A stretch of DNA of 64,000 nt from Lophium mytilinum (GCA_010093605.1 MU004196.1:952606-1016605), one strand, 5' to 3'; shown: positions 13,061 through 27,262, counted from the stretch's first letter. Program-made: numbers and translations. The notes: a model not told the origin generated them from the sequence alone.

Positions 13061-16000
13061 TCACAAGTACAGGGACTGCGCCGCCACGAGATCCCTCTTC
13101 ACCATCCCTAATGAGTCCACAAACTTTTGCTCTAGCTCCTCGCTGCCCATGACCTTTGCAGCTTGTCCCATCTGCTGCAGGAGTTCTTCCAGCCGTCTGA
13201 ACAGCCGGATCAAATTTCCTTCGTACACGTCCGTGAGTTTGCTAGGTTATTGTCAGCGCGGTCTAGTCTGTCGTTATGCATTCATCTTACCAGATCTCCA
13301 AGAACGAGGCACCCTTCGACCAAGCAAACACGACCTCCATGAGCTCAGGCTTGAAGGTATCAAGATACTCCTTTTCAACAAGTTCAACCTTGCTCTCTTG
13401 CGAGACTTTAGCAACCCTCCTAGCTTCTGCTTGGATCTCTCTGAACGGCTTGGCTAACTCTTCCCTGAGTGCTGGGCTCTCTTTCGACTTTTCCTCAAAG
13501 ATGAATACACTCAGGACGGCCGCACACTGCTGGGGTGTGAGTTCGTTGAAGAACCGGTTAAACAGCAGCTCGCTGAGTACGAGTGTATCACCAGTGCTTA
13601 TCTCACAAGCGACTCGTGCCTTCAGCTGTACAACATCGGTTTCGTTGATGAAACCAAGCCGACGAAGCACTCGCGTCCGGCACTTGAGTTCTTCGAGCTG
13701 CATGATCGACAACGCCTTGGTGATCTCCTTTTTCTGGTCCTTGATTTTGTCCGAGAGTGTGACTTTGTCTTTGTACTGCTGGTAGAGCTCCTTGAGTCTA
13801 GGGGTGTTGTGAAGCGGGTTGGAAAGAAGCCTGGACTCGAGCACTTCGATTTTCTGAACAAGTTAGCGATGGAGTGCTGGTAACCAAACACTACCACTTA
13901 CCCGGAGAAGCTTCTTGAACGAATCATCCGTTATGCCCATGTTCTCGACGGGATCTAGAATGGCAATTCCATCTGGGAATCTTTTCTTGACCTCCTCCAA
14001 AGACTTCCGCACACCGTTTCGTTGCTCCGAGTTTCTCAGGTCTTTGGGCAAGAACAGTCTTATGTGCCCGATCGAGTCAATGCAGGATAAGACTACCGGG
14101 ACGACTTCCATTTTCCCTTTGGTGCCTGGAGCAGGCGGACGAATACCAGGCGGGAGATCATCTGAGAAGTGCGGTGCAAAGCTGGTGTCATCAGCAACTA
14201 GCAGTAGCACATCCAGTATGTACTGTTGCTGAGGAGTGAGCTCCTTATCCTCGTCCTTTTTGCCAAGTTTTCGTGCCGAGAACTGAACCACAGCGCCCCA
14301 TCCGAAGTCTACCTCCTTGTCTTTTATTCTTACGAGACGACCAGGTTGCAAGAATTGTAGGCAGTAGTTTGGATGATTGACGACATCCCGCATATTTTGG
14401 GTATACGTGTTCAGTTGCTGTCGTAGGTTGTAATAATCTTTAATGGCAGCTTCGTCTGGGATCTCCATGTTGGCTTTCTCGATCTCGAGTTCTTGGAGGT
14501 CTATCATGATTGGATTAGCAATAATACAATTGAAATTTTGAAGGAAGCCCTACCTCTCTCCAATCCAGCAACGCTAGCTGTATTTTGAAACTGCAGGAAA
14601 CACCGTTCGAGCATGAACTCTGGGGAGATCCCTTCGACTCTCATGAGATTCAGAATCATGTTGTAACCCAAGTGGAACGCAGAGTTGAGGTTGTCTTGCT
14701 CTCCCCGAACGATCTCCTTCGCAACAGCAGGATCCATCTTCTCGTTGATCATCATAATGACGATGCCTCTATCATCCAGACCTCTTCGGCCTGCACGCCC
14801 AGACATCTGAATGAATTCCGAGGGAGTCACCCAGCGCTGCTCCTTGCCATCGAACTTGCGGACATCGGTGAACACCACGGTCTTAGCTGGCATGTTCAAT
14901 CCGATTGAGAAAGTTTCGGTAGCGAACAGAACCTTGATTAGACCCTCCTGGAAAAGAATTTCGATGGTCTCTTTCAATATTGGTAACAACCCAGAGTGGT
15001 GAACTCCGATCCCTCGTCGTAGCAATGGGAGCATATGCTGAATCTGCGGCAAGGTCTTGTCCTCCTCTGAGAGTGAATCAATGGCGCTGTTGAAGACCTT
15101 TGCGACCATTTCCTTCTCCGTGTCATCATTGAACGCCAGTTGAGCGAGTTGAATCGCTAGGGCCTCGCATTCTCTCTTACTGAAGCTGAACACAATAACG
15201 GGATTGTAGTTCTTCTTCATAATCATCTTGATGATCTTGTAGATGTCAGAAGGACCCTTCGTTCCACCTTTGTTTAGCTTCTTGTCCTTCCCTTTACCCT
15301 TCCTCTTCGCCATCGCGTCTGCCGGATCATCGCCTTGCTTAGCCGCAATTGACGACATGGCTTGTTGGAAATTTGCCTCCCGAAAAGTGCCCTTCTCGTC
15401 CACGACCAAGTGTATTCCATCTGCGCCTGCTGGAAAGAAGTAGTGCTGTAGGGGCGTAGGTCTAAAGTCGGTATAGACGACGTGGCATGGTTGGCTGTGA
15501 GTTTTGGTGATCCATTCGGCGAACTGCATGGCGTTGGGTATCGTAGCGGAAAGAAAGACATAGCGAACTTTATCAGGGAGCAGGATGATAGTCTCTTCCC
15601 ACACAACTCCACGAACTATTTCAGTCAGCATCGAGCCTCTCGTAACAGAACTTTGGAGACTTACTTTTCTCTCGAAGATAGTGGACCTCGTCAAATATCA
15701 CCCATGCGACCTCGCGCATGATCTCGGAACCTCTGTATAGCATAGAGCGAAGAATCTAGGACTGTTAATTTAGTTCTCAAAGGCGATGCGACACGACAAA
15801 CCTCTGTAGTCATGACCAGACATGTTGCCGTCGGATTGATGGTAACGTCTCCTGTCATCAGTCCAACATCCCCGAACTCTGCCATGAACTCTCGGTACTT
15901 TTGGTTGCTCAATGCCTTGATAGGACTTGTGTAAATGACCCTCTGATTGTTCTTCAAGCACTGAGCTATAGCGTATTCCGCGACAACCGTTTTGCCGGCA

Positions 16001-16479
16001 CTAGTATGCGCGGAGACGAGAACACTCTCGTTCCTCTCAATCGAGGAGATTGAAACTTGCTGAAACGGATCCAAAGTGAACTCCCATGTCCTCGCTGGCT
16101 TCTCAGGCGGTTTATGGGCCGAAATAGGCACATAGTCGTAGTCTGGGGGTAGAGCAACCTGATGTCTCACTTGATGAGACACAACCACAGCGGTGCCATC
16201 TTTCTGGGCCTGGAGTCCTGCGGACGCGGCGATTTCCCTCGACTGCTCGGTTTCGAAGGCGTCTGTCACTACTGGCTCTGGTTCTAGCTTTTGTCGTTTC
16301 TGTATTTGGGGATGCCCGTTCCCGTTGTTTTGCTCTGCCACGTCTGGCGCATCCGGTAGTACCTCATCTTCAGGTGTCGGTTGTTTGACGTCGCCGTTGG
16401 CCTGGCGCTTTTTGCTCTTTTTCGCAGGCTCCAATTCGGCCGGCCCGGGGCCGTCGAAGACGTCGAACAAGTCGTCCAT
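13061..16479 (-). CDS. MTR4: ATP-dependent RNA helicase Mtr4/Dob1 (Ski2-like)
   Basis: [58 protein letters not shown], arch/KOW region, DSHCT C-terminus ending SLYL*; about five short introns. Confidence 0.96.
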
Positions 16480-16811
16480 GGCTGTGGGAAGACGGTCAGA
16501 TTTGTTCTAAGAAGTTCGCATGCTTGGCTTGTGGGTGAGTGAGAGCGACGTGGCTTCGGCTGTGTTCGAGTGATTGACCAAGCTCACCAAAAATCGAGAA
16601 AGAGGTGCACGGTTCTTGCGGATGGTGCGGAATTTGCCGCGTTAGCGTGCCTGCCCTGACTGGCAGGGCTGGATGTCACCTCACCCGACGAACGCCTCTA
16701 ACCACCACGCTCCTTGACATCTCGACTCTCCACTCCCAATCGCTCCTCGACTCACCGCAATCGTATGCTCTACATACCGCCCCGGGTGTCATTGCCAGCT
16801 AACCGGTGCAG

Positions 16812-17166
16812 ATGCTTGCCCGCGCTGCCTTCCGTGCGTCCACCACGACGTCGCTCGTCTCCCGCCGCGGCTTCCAGTCGACCCGCGCCCGTCTGGACAG
16901 CCCGTACCACTACCCGGAGGGACCTCGAAGCAACCTGCCATTCAACCCATTGACCAAGTGGTTTGCACTGAGATATTGGAGCTTCTGTGGTATGTTATGG
17001 GCACTATGCCAAGCACAAGCACCGCTAACTAGGGCACAGCTGTTGGATTCGCGGCGCCATTCCTAGTCGCTGGTGAGCCACATTGCTACCTATACTTGAC
17101 GATCATTGCACGGACTAATCATACTATCGAAACGCAGTCTGGCAGACAAAGAAGAACAAGGCTTAG
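16812..17166 (+). CDS. COX8: Cytochrome c oxidase subunit VIII/VIIc, mitochondrial
   Basis: Presequence MLARAAFRAS..., HYPEGPRSNLPF, then spliced GFAAPFLVAVWQTKKNKA*. Introns ~16990-17039 and ~17074-17137. Confidence 0.9.
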
Positions 17167-17523
17167 AGAGCACCTAGTAGAATGGAAGGGGTCGGGAGAG
17201 GCATTTTCACGGGTAGACGGAGAGGACATATCAGCGAACCATGGGCTGCACCACACTGTAGCAATTGTACAAAGAACCCCCCCGTGTGAAGATACGCCTT
17301 CAGTGAAACCACTTTTGACATATGTGCTCCAATCGTGATGCGTTTAGTTTTGATGACGCCGCGGGAGCTCTTCTTTGGGTCGGTCTTGGCTCGGCAAAGT
17401 TCACCTGCACCTCGACAGCTTTGGGAAATTTTCGACCACCATCCATGGTTTTTCGACACCTTGAATTAATCAGCCATCCTTAGAGGCAAAAATTCGGCTT
17501 TTGCTTCGACAGCGAATTTCGGA

Positions 17524-20500
17524 ATGCGCAACCTGAGAAATACCGGACGGTTACTAGTTCAGTTTCCCGACAATCCTCTTCCGCTTGCTGCTACTGCGTG
17601 GGATACCACCACAGACTCACTGATATGCGCCTTTGGGCCTTCCGAGTCGAGCGCCGTAATCGAGCTCAAACGATTGTATCAAGATGCAGCGTCTGGTGAA
17701 GACAGCTTGATACCCATCTCATCGTGGGATGCTCCATGTCCTTTGCCAAGTCTTCCTTGCGACTCAATATTGGATCTCCATTATTTTTCAGACTCTTCCA
17801 CGTCATGTCTCATCTTAGCCGGTGGAGATATCATACTCGTTCGGGAGCAACCGCTCCCTGGAGAAGATACTATAGAAATAGTAGGCTCTGTAGACGCAGG
17901 CATATCCGCAGCTGCGTGGTCGCCCGATGAGGAGCTTGTGGCCATCACCACGCACGCCAGCACCCTTCTTTACATGACTAGAGAGTTCGAGAGCCTTACG
18001 AGCATCACTTTTAGTGGTGAAGATCTTAAAGAATCACGACATGTCTCCGTTGGCTGGGGTAAGGCTGAAACGCAGTTCAAGGGCAAAAGAGCCAAAGCGT
18101 TACGGGACCCTACAATGCCAGAGCATGTCGACGAAGGAGTGCTTAGCCCACATGATGACCACTCGGCGACCATCAGCTGGAGAGGCGATGGCGCATATGT
18201 TGCTATAAACACAATCGAGGACGAGAAGAGAAGGTTGATTCGAGTCTACTCCCGAGAAGGTCTTCTTGATAGCGTCAGCGAACCTGTCGATGGTCTCGAG
18301 GGAGCCCTTAGTTGGCGACCCTCGGGAAATCTCATTGCCGGAGTGCAGCGGCTGAAAGACGGTCTTGACGTTGTATTCTTCGAGAGGAATGGTCTCCGTC
18401 ACGGTCAATTCAATCTACGACTATCCCCTGAAGAGTTTGATGATCTGATAATACCTCTGACTCTAAACTGGAATAGCGACTCGACTGTCCTCGCTATTGG
18501 ATATCCGAACAAGGTCCAGCTTTGGACTATGGGGAACTATCACTATTATCTGAAGCAAGAGCTAGATTTTCCGAAGATAGAGGCCAAATGCGCTGCTATC
18601 AATACTTGGCATCCAGAGAGACCTCTTCGGATCTCTGTAGCAACATATAGTAAGCTAAAGACATCTCCTATTCGAATCCAATTGCTTACAACGGCGCGGC
18701 GTAGATGCACTCCAGATGCTAGAATATATTCTCACGATGGCCAGCGGCCCAACAGCGGCTCCAAACGACTTTGGCCTTCTGGGTGTGATTGATGGAGGTA
18801 CGAAATCCAGCCTTACCTTATCAAATTCAAGACTAACAATTCATATTACAGCATCTTTAAAGCTCACTCCTATGAGACTCGCGAATATCCCTCCGCCAAT
18901 GTCCCTACACCAGATCAGTCTACCAGAAAGTGTGCTAGATGCTGCTGTATCTGCAACCAATTCGCGGATCGCCATCCTCACAAGAGAGAGGATATCTGTA
19001 TTCGCGCTTGACATCCATAAGAAGCTAGTTCCAGAGCCCACCTTAGTGTGGCGCTGTGCTACTCCACAGGGTCACTTTCCGCGCCAAATAGCTTTTGTTT
19101 CGGATACGAATATCTTCTTGATCACTGACCAATGGAACAAATCCGCAAGCACTTTATGGAAATGTGAAGAGCAAGGGGTCACCTCTTATGGCTGCGTGTC
19201 AGGATTGAGAAGCAGTTCGAACGTTATTTCCAGCCTGGACAGGGCAGGTCTATTCGTCCAGTCTTCGAATGGAGCAGTGTCCAGTATTGCTATCGAACAG
19301 CCAGCTCCCGAGACTGAAGACCTTTGCCTTACTCCAGTTGCAAAATTTCCTTCGCCGGTATCACTGGTGCATGTTATTGCTCACGCAGATGAGGTAAGTA
19401 AATATGAGGTCTCCCAGCAAGCTGTACTGACCTAAGGTAGAACATATGTTTTGGTCTGACTACGAGCGGCATCTTGTATGCCAACGATCGCCTTCTTGCT
19501 AGGAACTGTACCTCGTTTCTAGTCACATCCGCTCATTTGATATTCACGACTACACAACACTACATAAAATTCGTCCACATGGCAAGAGCTGAAGGTCAGA
19601 AACTAGTTGATGATTTGAGATCTCACGCTGACATTGTTAGATCTTGAGATCCCTCTGGACGAACCTGAAGTAGACGAACGGTGTAGAACTATCGAACGCG
19701 GAGCGCGATTAGTTTCCGTCATGCCATCGATTTACGCAGTTGTCCTGCAAATGCCGCGAGGTAACTTAGAGACTATCTATCCTCGAGCTCTCGTATTAGC
19801 TGGAATCCGCAAAAGCATCGACAAATTGAATTACAAACGAGCGTTCCTGGCATGCCGCAATCAGCGCGTGGATATGAACATCATACACGACCATGCGCCG
19901 GAGCAATTCATGGCGAACATAGGCACGTTTGTAGACCAGATCCAGAAGGTCGAACATATTGATCTTTTCCTTTCTCAACTGCGGTAAGTAGAGCTATCAG
20001 ATCGGATATAGGCTACAGCTAACAAAATCAGAGATGAAGATGTGTCGCAGACAATGTACAACAACACTGCAAAGGAACCATCGTCCTCCACCAATGTTGG
20101 AACTCTGAACGGAGTTGTCAAGAATGAGTCTGTCGGAAAATCTTTCAAGCTGAACCAAGTGTGCGATGCTTTCTTAGAGGCATTCCAAGCCCGCGAGCAG
20201 AAGTATCTGCAAAGTATCATCACAGCACACGTCTGCAAGAATCCGCCCGATCTAGATGCGGGATTGTCCATGATAGGGGAACTTCAAGGTGAGTCTGTAG
20301 AGGTTGCTTTTAGAGCAGTACTGCAACGATTTATGGTCCTAATCCAAGGCTACAGCTCAGCGAGACCCTCTCACAGAGAGAATAGCAGAACACATCTGCT
20401 TCCTGGCGGACGTGAACCAACTATATGACAACGCTCTCGGGCTCTACAATCTCGAACTTGCTCTTCTGATCGCTCAACAGTCCCAAAAGGTGAGCAAGTA

Positions 20501-21915
20501 CACCACAGTATCCGCCGAAACCGAACCTGACATGTATCTAGGACCCTCGGGAGTATCTCCCACATCTCCAATCCCTTCACGAACTGTCAACTTTGCGCCG
20601 CAAATTCCAGATTGATAATCAACTAGCACGATACAGCAAAGCACTAGGACATCTCTACGACCTTCAAGAATTTGAAGAGTTGAACGCATACGTTGAGAAA
20701 CACTGCCTCTACACCGTGGCCCTTGAAATATTCAAGTACCAACCGAAACGATACGATGAGATCATGGGGCTCTACGCTGACTACCTCAACAACAACAATC
20801 AGTACGAACTAGCTGCTCATGGTACGTATAAACTTCTCAAATGGCGAACCCAACTAACGAACCACAGCCTACGAGTCCCTCGATAACTACGCAGCAGCCA
20901 GCGACGCCTGGCGATCGGCAAACCTATGGGAGGAGAGTCTTTCCAGCGCCTTAAAGGCCGGCATGTCAGACACAGACTTCACATCTCTGGCAACGACGCT
21001 CGCAGAAGGGCTTAGCGAGACCAAAGACTTCTTCTCCGCGGCAACGATCCACCTCGAGTTCCTCTCCGACGTCGAGACGGCCGCACGCATGTTCTGCAAG
21101 GGCTACTATTTCTCGCGCGCCATCCTCGTCGTCGAACAGAAACACCAACCCGCGCTGGTCGAAAGCGTCGTTGACCCAGGCCTAGTAGAGGGTTCAGCGA
21201 CGATGACAGAGCTTCTGGCAGACTGCAAAGGGCAGCTTGGAGCACAGGTGCCGCGGCTGCGAGAGCTGCGGGTGAAGAAGGCGGAGGATCCACGTAAGTT
21301 CCCTAATCCAGTCCACCATTAAGCATTGCGGTTCGGGTCATAGCTGACGTTGCTGACGCATCACAAGTTGCTTTCTTCGACGGCGCCGACCACCCAGATA
21401 TCCCAGACAACATCTCCCTCGCCCCGACCGATGCGTCCACCTCCGCTGGCACGTTCATGACCCGCTACACTAACCGCACCGGCACGATCAATACTACTAC
21501 TACTCGTAAAACCTCCAAGAACCGCCGGCGTGAGGAGCGCAAGCGCGCGAGGGGGAAAAAGGGGAGTGTGTACGAGGAAGAGTACCTCGTCAACTCGATT
21601 CGCCGGCTGGTGGAGCGGATCAACACTATCAATGAGGAAGTGCAGAGGCTAGTGAAGGGGTTGGTGCGGAGGAAGATGCGAGAGCGCGCAGCGGCGGTTG
21701 CGCAGGCCATGGAGGATGTGGTTAGGCTGTGTAAGGAGTCTGTGGACGACGTGTTTCAAGGCGAGAAGAAGGGAGCGGGTGAGGAAGGGGTTGGTGTAGA
21801 GGGGGTTGAGAGGCCGGTTGGGGCGGATGGCGTGTTGTGGGATAGTATGGAGGAGGCGGCGAGGGGGAGGGAACCGCCTGTGGTTAGGGAGTTTGAGAGG
21901 TTGGCGCTGGTGTAG
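17524..21915 (+). CDS. ELP1: Elongator complex subunit 1 (Elp1/Iki3)
   Basis: MRNLRN start, WSPDEEL, VSVGWGKAETQFKG, SWRGDG, FFERNGLRHG, QMPRGNLETIYPR, basic C-terminal TSKNRRREERKRARGKKGSVYEEEYL; multiple introns. Confidence 0.96.
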
Positions 21916-24900
21916 TGGGTGGGTGCTGCGTGGGACTGTAGGAGAGGCGGTCTAAGTAGAGGAGTGAAATCGAATCAATGTGGCGGCTCTTCCTGTATTT
22001 TGGTTCGATTGTTGGGCAGATGTTAACTGACCGGCAGCGCGCTGTGACGGCCTCGAACGACCCAGGAGTTGACGAGCTATATCTTGATCGCACCCGAGGT
22101 CCTAGATACTCAAATGTCCAAGGTTCTGGGAGAGCGAAATGCAGAGCAAAGCAAAGCTAATCTTCGTCAAAGCAAGGGAGTTGTCAGTTCGAATCAGAGC
22201 TTGCGAAATGTAGGCGCGAAGATGGTTCTGAGGTTTACCACGCGTGGCTTCTACAAGAAAGAGATGCTTTAGGTGTGGTTGTGATTGCGACGTATAGTTA
22301 TGGAAAGGGGGTATAGCTGGGGACTGTTTGGCCTGCGTTCCTCGTAGCTTTTGAGGAGTGGTTGTGTAAAGAAAGGTATATCTGCGCTTGATATCTACTC
22401 GTAACTGAGTTGAGTACTACTTAGAAGATGGAATAAGAGCATTTGTGTCTTACACACTGTTCTTCGTCTACCTCACCCGTCCGAAGTCTATAAAAAGCTG
22501 TCTACAGGCAGCCCTCCACCCGCAGACGCCAAAACGAAGAATTACCGAAGAAGAAAAGAGAGGTCAAGGGGATAGAGCAACCAAGAGCTAACCTTCCACC
22601 AACCCCTACCAACCAGCACCGCAATCCCACTTTAGGTACGCGGCACTCCGTCCGTCTACCAAAGAATGCCTCCTACATCCATCCCCAGTCTACCAGTCCA
22701 CACACAACAGCGCGCTAGAATCCCAACAACCCCCCGGAACACAGCGCGCTCCTCGGAAATGCCTCCTCCCAACCCCAGCCCTCCCTCAACCACCGCCCAC
22801 GCGCCTGATACCTCGGGACGGCACCAACCACCCCTCCATCCTATCCTATCCTAGCCCAGACCGAAGCCACGCCCCTAGCCTGTCCACGAGCGGAAGAAGC
22901 TGACAGTGAGCTGACACGGACAATAGCGTCCCGCCACGCGCGATCGAACAAGAGTCTGGAACTAGCAATCTGGAACTAAAACGGCGAGAATCGGGAAACT
23001 GAGATGCGAGCTAGGAACGAGTAGATGTGGGCTAGAGACGGGCGATGCGAGCTAGGAATCGGGCGATATAAACTAGATGTCAGATAAGCGCCTGTGCGCG
23101 CGAGAGGGGGAGATGGCGCTAGGCGGAGTTGGCTCCATGGCTTCCTAATCGTGGGCGCGCGTGCACGGCGGAGATCGCGACCGTGGATTTGGAATCGGGG
23201 TCGGACCGAGGGGGGTTTGCTGTGGTGGGGTTCGGGGGCTTTTGAGGCGTTTGAGCGCTTGTGCGGGAGGCTTCGGATGGGTTGATGGAATGAGGACGGG
23301 TGGTTGTTGTTGGGTGAATGGGGAATCTTCGGGAGGATGGGGATGTCTGGGTTTAGTATGGGATTCTAGTTACTTGGATGCTAGGGGTAGTTGTGATTTA
23401 GAGTATAGAATCGTGATGAGGCTGACGGTTTCCGTGTAACGTCTTTGGGGAGAATCTAATAGAAAGGGGGGGAGAATAGGCCACTTCTGACTGCTATTCT
23501 CGACAATTGGAAATGGTTGAATATAGTGGGTATCAAAGCACAACCCCCACGATTCTCGTTGGTATTGAGTGAAGTATGGAGTGGTGAGACAATTCGTCGC
23601 ATGGTCCTCTCTATATAAGAGCATCTCCTTTATATCCATGGAGCGGTGAGAGACGAGCGTAGTGCTCTGCATAAGGCCGGTTCTTCACAGCCATTAGTAG
23701 GAAAAGCAGTGGAACTACTATCTTAGAGTTGGGTTCATGTGTCGAAGATTGAAGCGGTGAGCAGCAGTTAAACTCCCATCCATGCGAAAGCACCACCATG
23801 GAGATCAGGTGAAGCAGTGAAACAGCTTATTCCATATCCCACATCCCACAATCACCAGACTCCAGTACGATGCGGAGGATATAGGGGAGAACGATATCGT
23901 AGCGGTGAGAAAAGCGATTTAGACCAAGTGGGGCATAAAAGGAGGCTTAAGGTCCGAACTGACGAGAACAACCGTCCTGTGGCGTGACAGTGGCTGGATG
24001 TCTTGCACCACCCCGCATGTCTTGGGCACTACCTAAAGAGTTCCTGCATAATGACAATAACAACGTGGTAGTGAGGACGCTAGGAAGGTGTCTAATGTAC
24101 TGCTCACTTTCGGGAATGGTGCTAATACCAAGCGTTTCCTCTCGTTAGGAATTACGATGTAATTACGCAATACGAGGAGTAGTGTATACAACACGGGAGT
24201 CTAGGATGTCACGCGGTGTGGAGAGTGACACTCCAGTCACAAGACGCCACTTCCCCACACTTTGGTGCAACGGCTCGGTTTCGGACCGGGCTGGGGTAGA
24301 GGCGTGATATGATGGAGTTTCCTGTCTCGGGTGGGTGCTGGCGGCAGGAGTTCGTGACATTACACGGTTCCAGTCACCGTCGAGACCGTTGGCGGTGGCG
24401 GGTGGCTGGAGAGAGAGGAGAAATTGGGGTCAGGCGCAACCTTGCAATACTGAGTCGTTGAATATGCAGGCGTAGGATCTCGTCACTCGGGTTTCTGTCT
24501 CTCCGCAAGAGCTGGGAAATGCCAAGGGCGGCGAGTTCTTCTTCCGCGCACGCAGCAGATGGCTGTGCGCTTCTGGTATACAGAGAGGGGGTCGAGTGGA
24601 GAATATCCAAGGACCTGCTCGGCGGTGCGAAAAGTGAAGTAATCCCAACAGCATCCCAGGCCCTGGACGTTTGGGGTCTTCAGGGTTGCTCCCTGAGCAT
24701 CCGCGAAATGCGGGGTCCACTCCCGTCTGAGGCACACGGGACGCGCAACGAGGCCGATCAATCACAGCGCGGCGTCTTGACTGCAGCACGCACCGACGCC
24801 GGAAAGTGGTGATGGATGAGAGTGGAGCAGCCTGGCGAGCTCCGGCGGAATCTTTTTAAGGGTCGCTATGCACGCGCGTCTGTTGAGATGGATACAGCGC

Positions 24901-26441
24901 TGCGCTTGCAGTAAGTAGTGAAACAGAGATAGAACAATCAGACCCACCGTGATAGAGCGCGAGACTCGTGCAGGCCATGCCATGCGCGTGGATAGCAGTC
25001 GGCAATGCGCTGGGACCGAAGTGCTTTCCATGCTTCATGATGACGATGTCGGCGGACGGCCGACCTTCTCCGCGAGAGAGCAGCCGACGACACTCCCAGG
25101 CTGGTGAAGCTCGTCCTGGGTCCGTCCGGCTATCACGGTACTTGTCGTCCTGGTCTCCACAGGTGCCCGCTATCTGGTTATCGGGCAGGTCGCAGAGCTA
25201 GTGCCATCACTCGCAGTAGCAGCCTTCTCACTCGCAGTAGCATTCCCAAGTCTCCGACGATGACTGGCGAAGACGACGCCAACGAAGCTTCTAGGAATGC
25301 GCGCTGGTTGGCGGAAACAAATCCGAGGATAGAGGTCGGAATGAGGCCATTTCGCCCGTCGGGCCATGAGCCAGTCTGTTCACTCTTCTCGTCTCGCGAA
25401 GATGCAGGCAGCGCTGCAAATGCAAGCCCCCCTCTGCGCGACATCGATAGAGGCCTCAAAGCAGCAGGAGGACTGTCCCGGGCGGGTCTAGAGCGCGATG
25501 GCGACACTGCGACACGAGCTCTGCGACCATGCTGGTTCGCCGGCTTGGTTGGAGAGCGCGAAAAGGGGCTTGCTTTTTCCTCACTCCCGCACGCCACTGC
25601 CAGGAAGTGGTCCCTGCTGCTGCACGACCTCATTGCAGTTTGGCGTTCGCTAGCGACTGTCGGCGGGCCGCGCTGCGGGGAAACAGCGATTTGGGTGGGT
25701 AGACTTGTGGTCTGCTTCGGTCTTGGTGTGCGTGGGTGGAGTGGAGCTGGGCGCTGGTCGCTGGTCCCGACGATGATGGAAGAAGTGATGCCTCTCGTGC
25801 CTCTTCGGACGCTGCTGACATGGCCGGGGTTCTGTAGTCCCCCTAACGCCCGCCGTCTGCTCATCGCGACCTCAGCTTCAGCCTTTGCGCTGTCTTGTCA
25901 GCGGCAGAGTTTTCAGCGTCTGTGCTGTCTGTGCTGGCTGATTCCCGCGCCCACGCACTGACTGTGGAGCCGCTGGATCGAAGAGCGTCCAGATGGCATC
26001 CAAGCGAGCCGATGCTGCTCTTCCGACGCGACAAAGCCCTGCGGAAAAAGCAATGCAGCATGTCGGCAGCGCGCCCAAAAATGGAAAAAGCAAAGACCCT
26101 TTGCAAAACTCGTCCTCTTCGGCGTGCCTGACACCTGACATTTCTCGAACCGTCTGCATGAGAAAAGTTAAAATGCGCCACGCATTTAATTGACCAGAGG
26201 GACGCTGTCACGGCGGCCGCAGTGCCTGGGCCGTGGAACTGGCAAACGGCGTGATCGGTGAATGACTTTGACGCTCAGCTTGTCGTCATAGATTGCTGTC
26301 GTGAATAGTGCGAAGGGCTACCATGGTGCAAGAACCCGACGGCCTTAGGCCATAGCGCATGAGCTGTGGACCATGGTACCGGATGTCAAACACGGTTGGG
26401 TTAGCAGACGGCTCCACGCTTTAATCGGAGGTTATGGTGAA

Positions 26442-26554
26442 ATGGTGGAGAAAAGTTAGATGCTTGTAAAGACGACATGTTGGAGAAGGTTAGGTGACTG
26501 CAAAGATGACATACGGAGAAGGTTGATGACTGTGAAGACGACATGTGGAGAAGC
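26442..26554. repeat. Degenerate ~33-bp tandem repeat, ~3.3 copies
   Basis: atggtggagaaaagttagatgcttgtaaagacgac / atgttggagaaggttaggtgactgcaaagatgac / atacggagaaggttgatgactgtgaagacgac / atgtggagaagc. Confidence 0.8.
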
Positions 26555-27262
26555 ATGGAGTGATTGTGATTTGTCTGTCTTAGACATGACTTGCATTGTA
26601 TTGCTGCCATCCGAGCTGAGCTCGTGATGGACTGCCTCTTTTTGCTTGAGAGGCAGAGCTACATACTAGATCAGATGCTGCACCGCTGCCAGCCTGCAAA
26701 CATCGCGCTGCGCGTACGAGATGAGAAGAGTTGGGACGCCAGCAACCGACGTCCATGTTGATGCGGAGAGATATGCCATGCCCCCGTGACAGGTCGATTC
26801 ACCACCCAAGGCTACCCAGCCTACATAATGACACAGTCGTGTAACTCCTAATGTCGACCAACCATTCCGGTCGTTTCCAGAGACATTCACAAGGTCCAGT
26901 GTTACACCGTAGCGTACCCGAACTCGAACAAAGGAAACAAAAATCCACATGCTTTTTTGAGCGTCGCACCAGTAAGAAAGACGCAGGACAGAGTAAAAAA
27001 TGTACAAGGCGGAGGCCCAAAGTGACCCCCGGCCTATCATGCAATACACCGAGTACTTCGACAGACTCCGCGTCCCGGCCGAGGGATAGGCACCGGGACA
27101 ATGCTGCAGAAAAGGCGAGTGACGCTATACAAATGCCGACGAAAGTGGTATCCCCTCGCGCGAGAAAACTCCAGTGGCCCAGTGCTCCGTAATGATTCGC
27201 GTACAGTTCGTGACGTGGGAGACGAGCGTAGTGACATGACACGCCCTCCCAGGAGGAGACCG

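Noticed and set aside
24374..24610. 78-aa minus-strand ORF with helical-looking sequence
   Set aside because: Starts at TTG with no upstream exon identified; insufficient evidence.
25104..25961. Overlapping 285-aa and 228-aa ORFs
   Set aside because: Arg/Ser/Ala-rich composition expected from GC-rich non-coding DNA, no recognisable motif, open on both strands.
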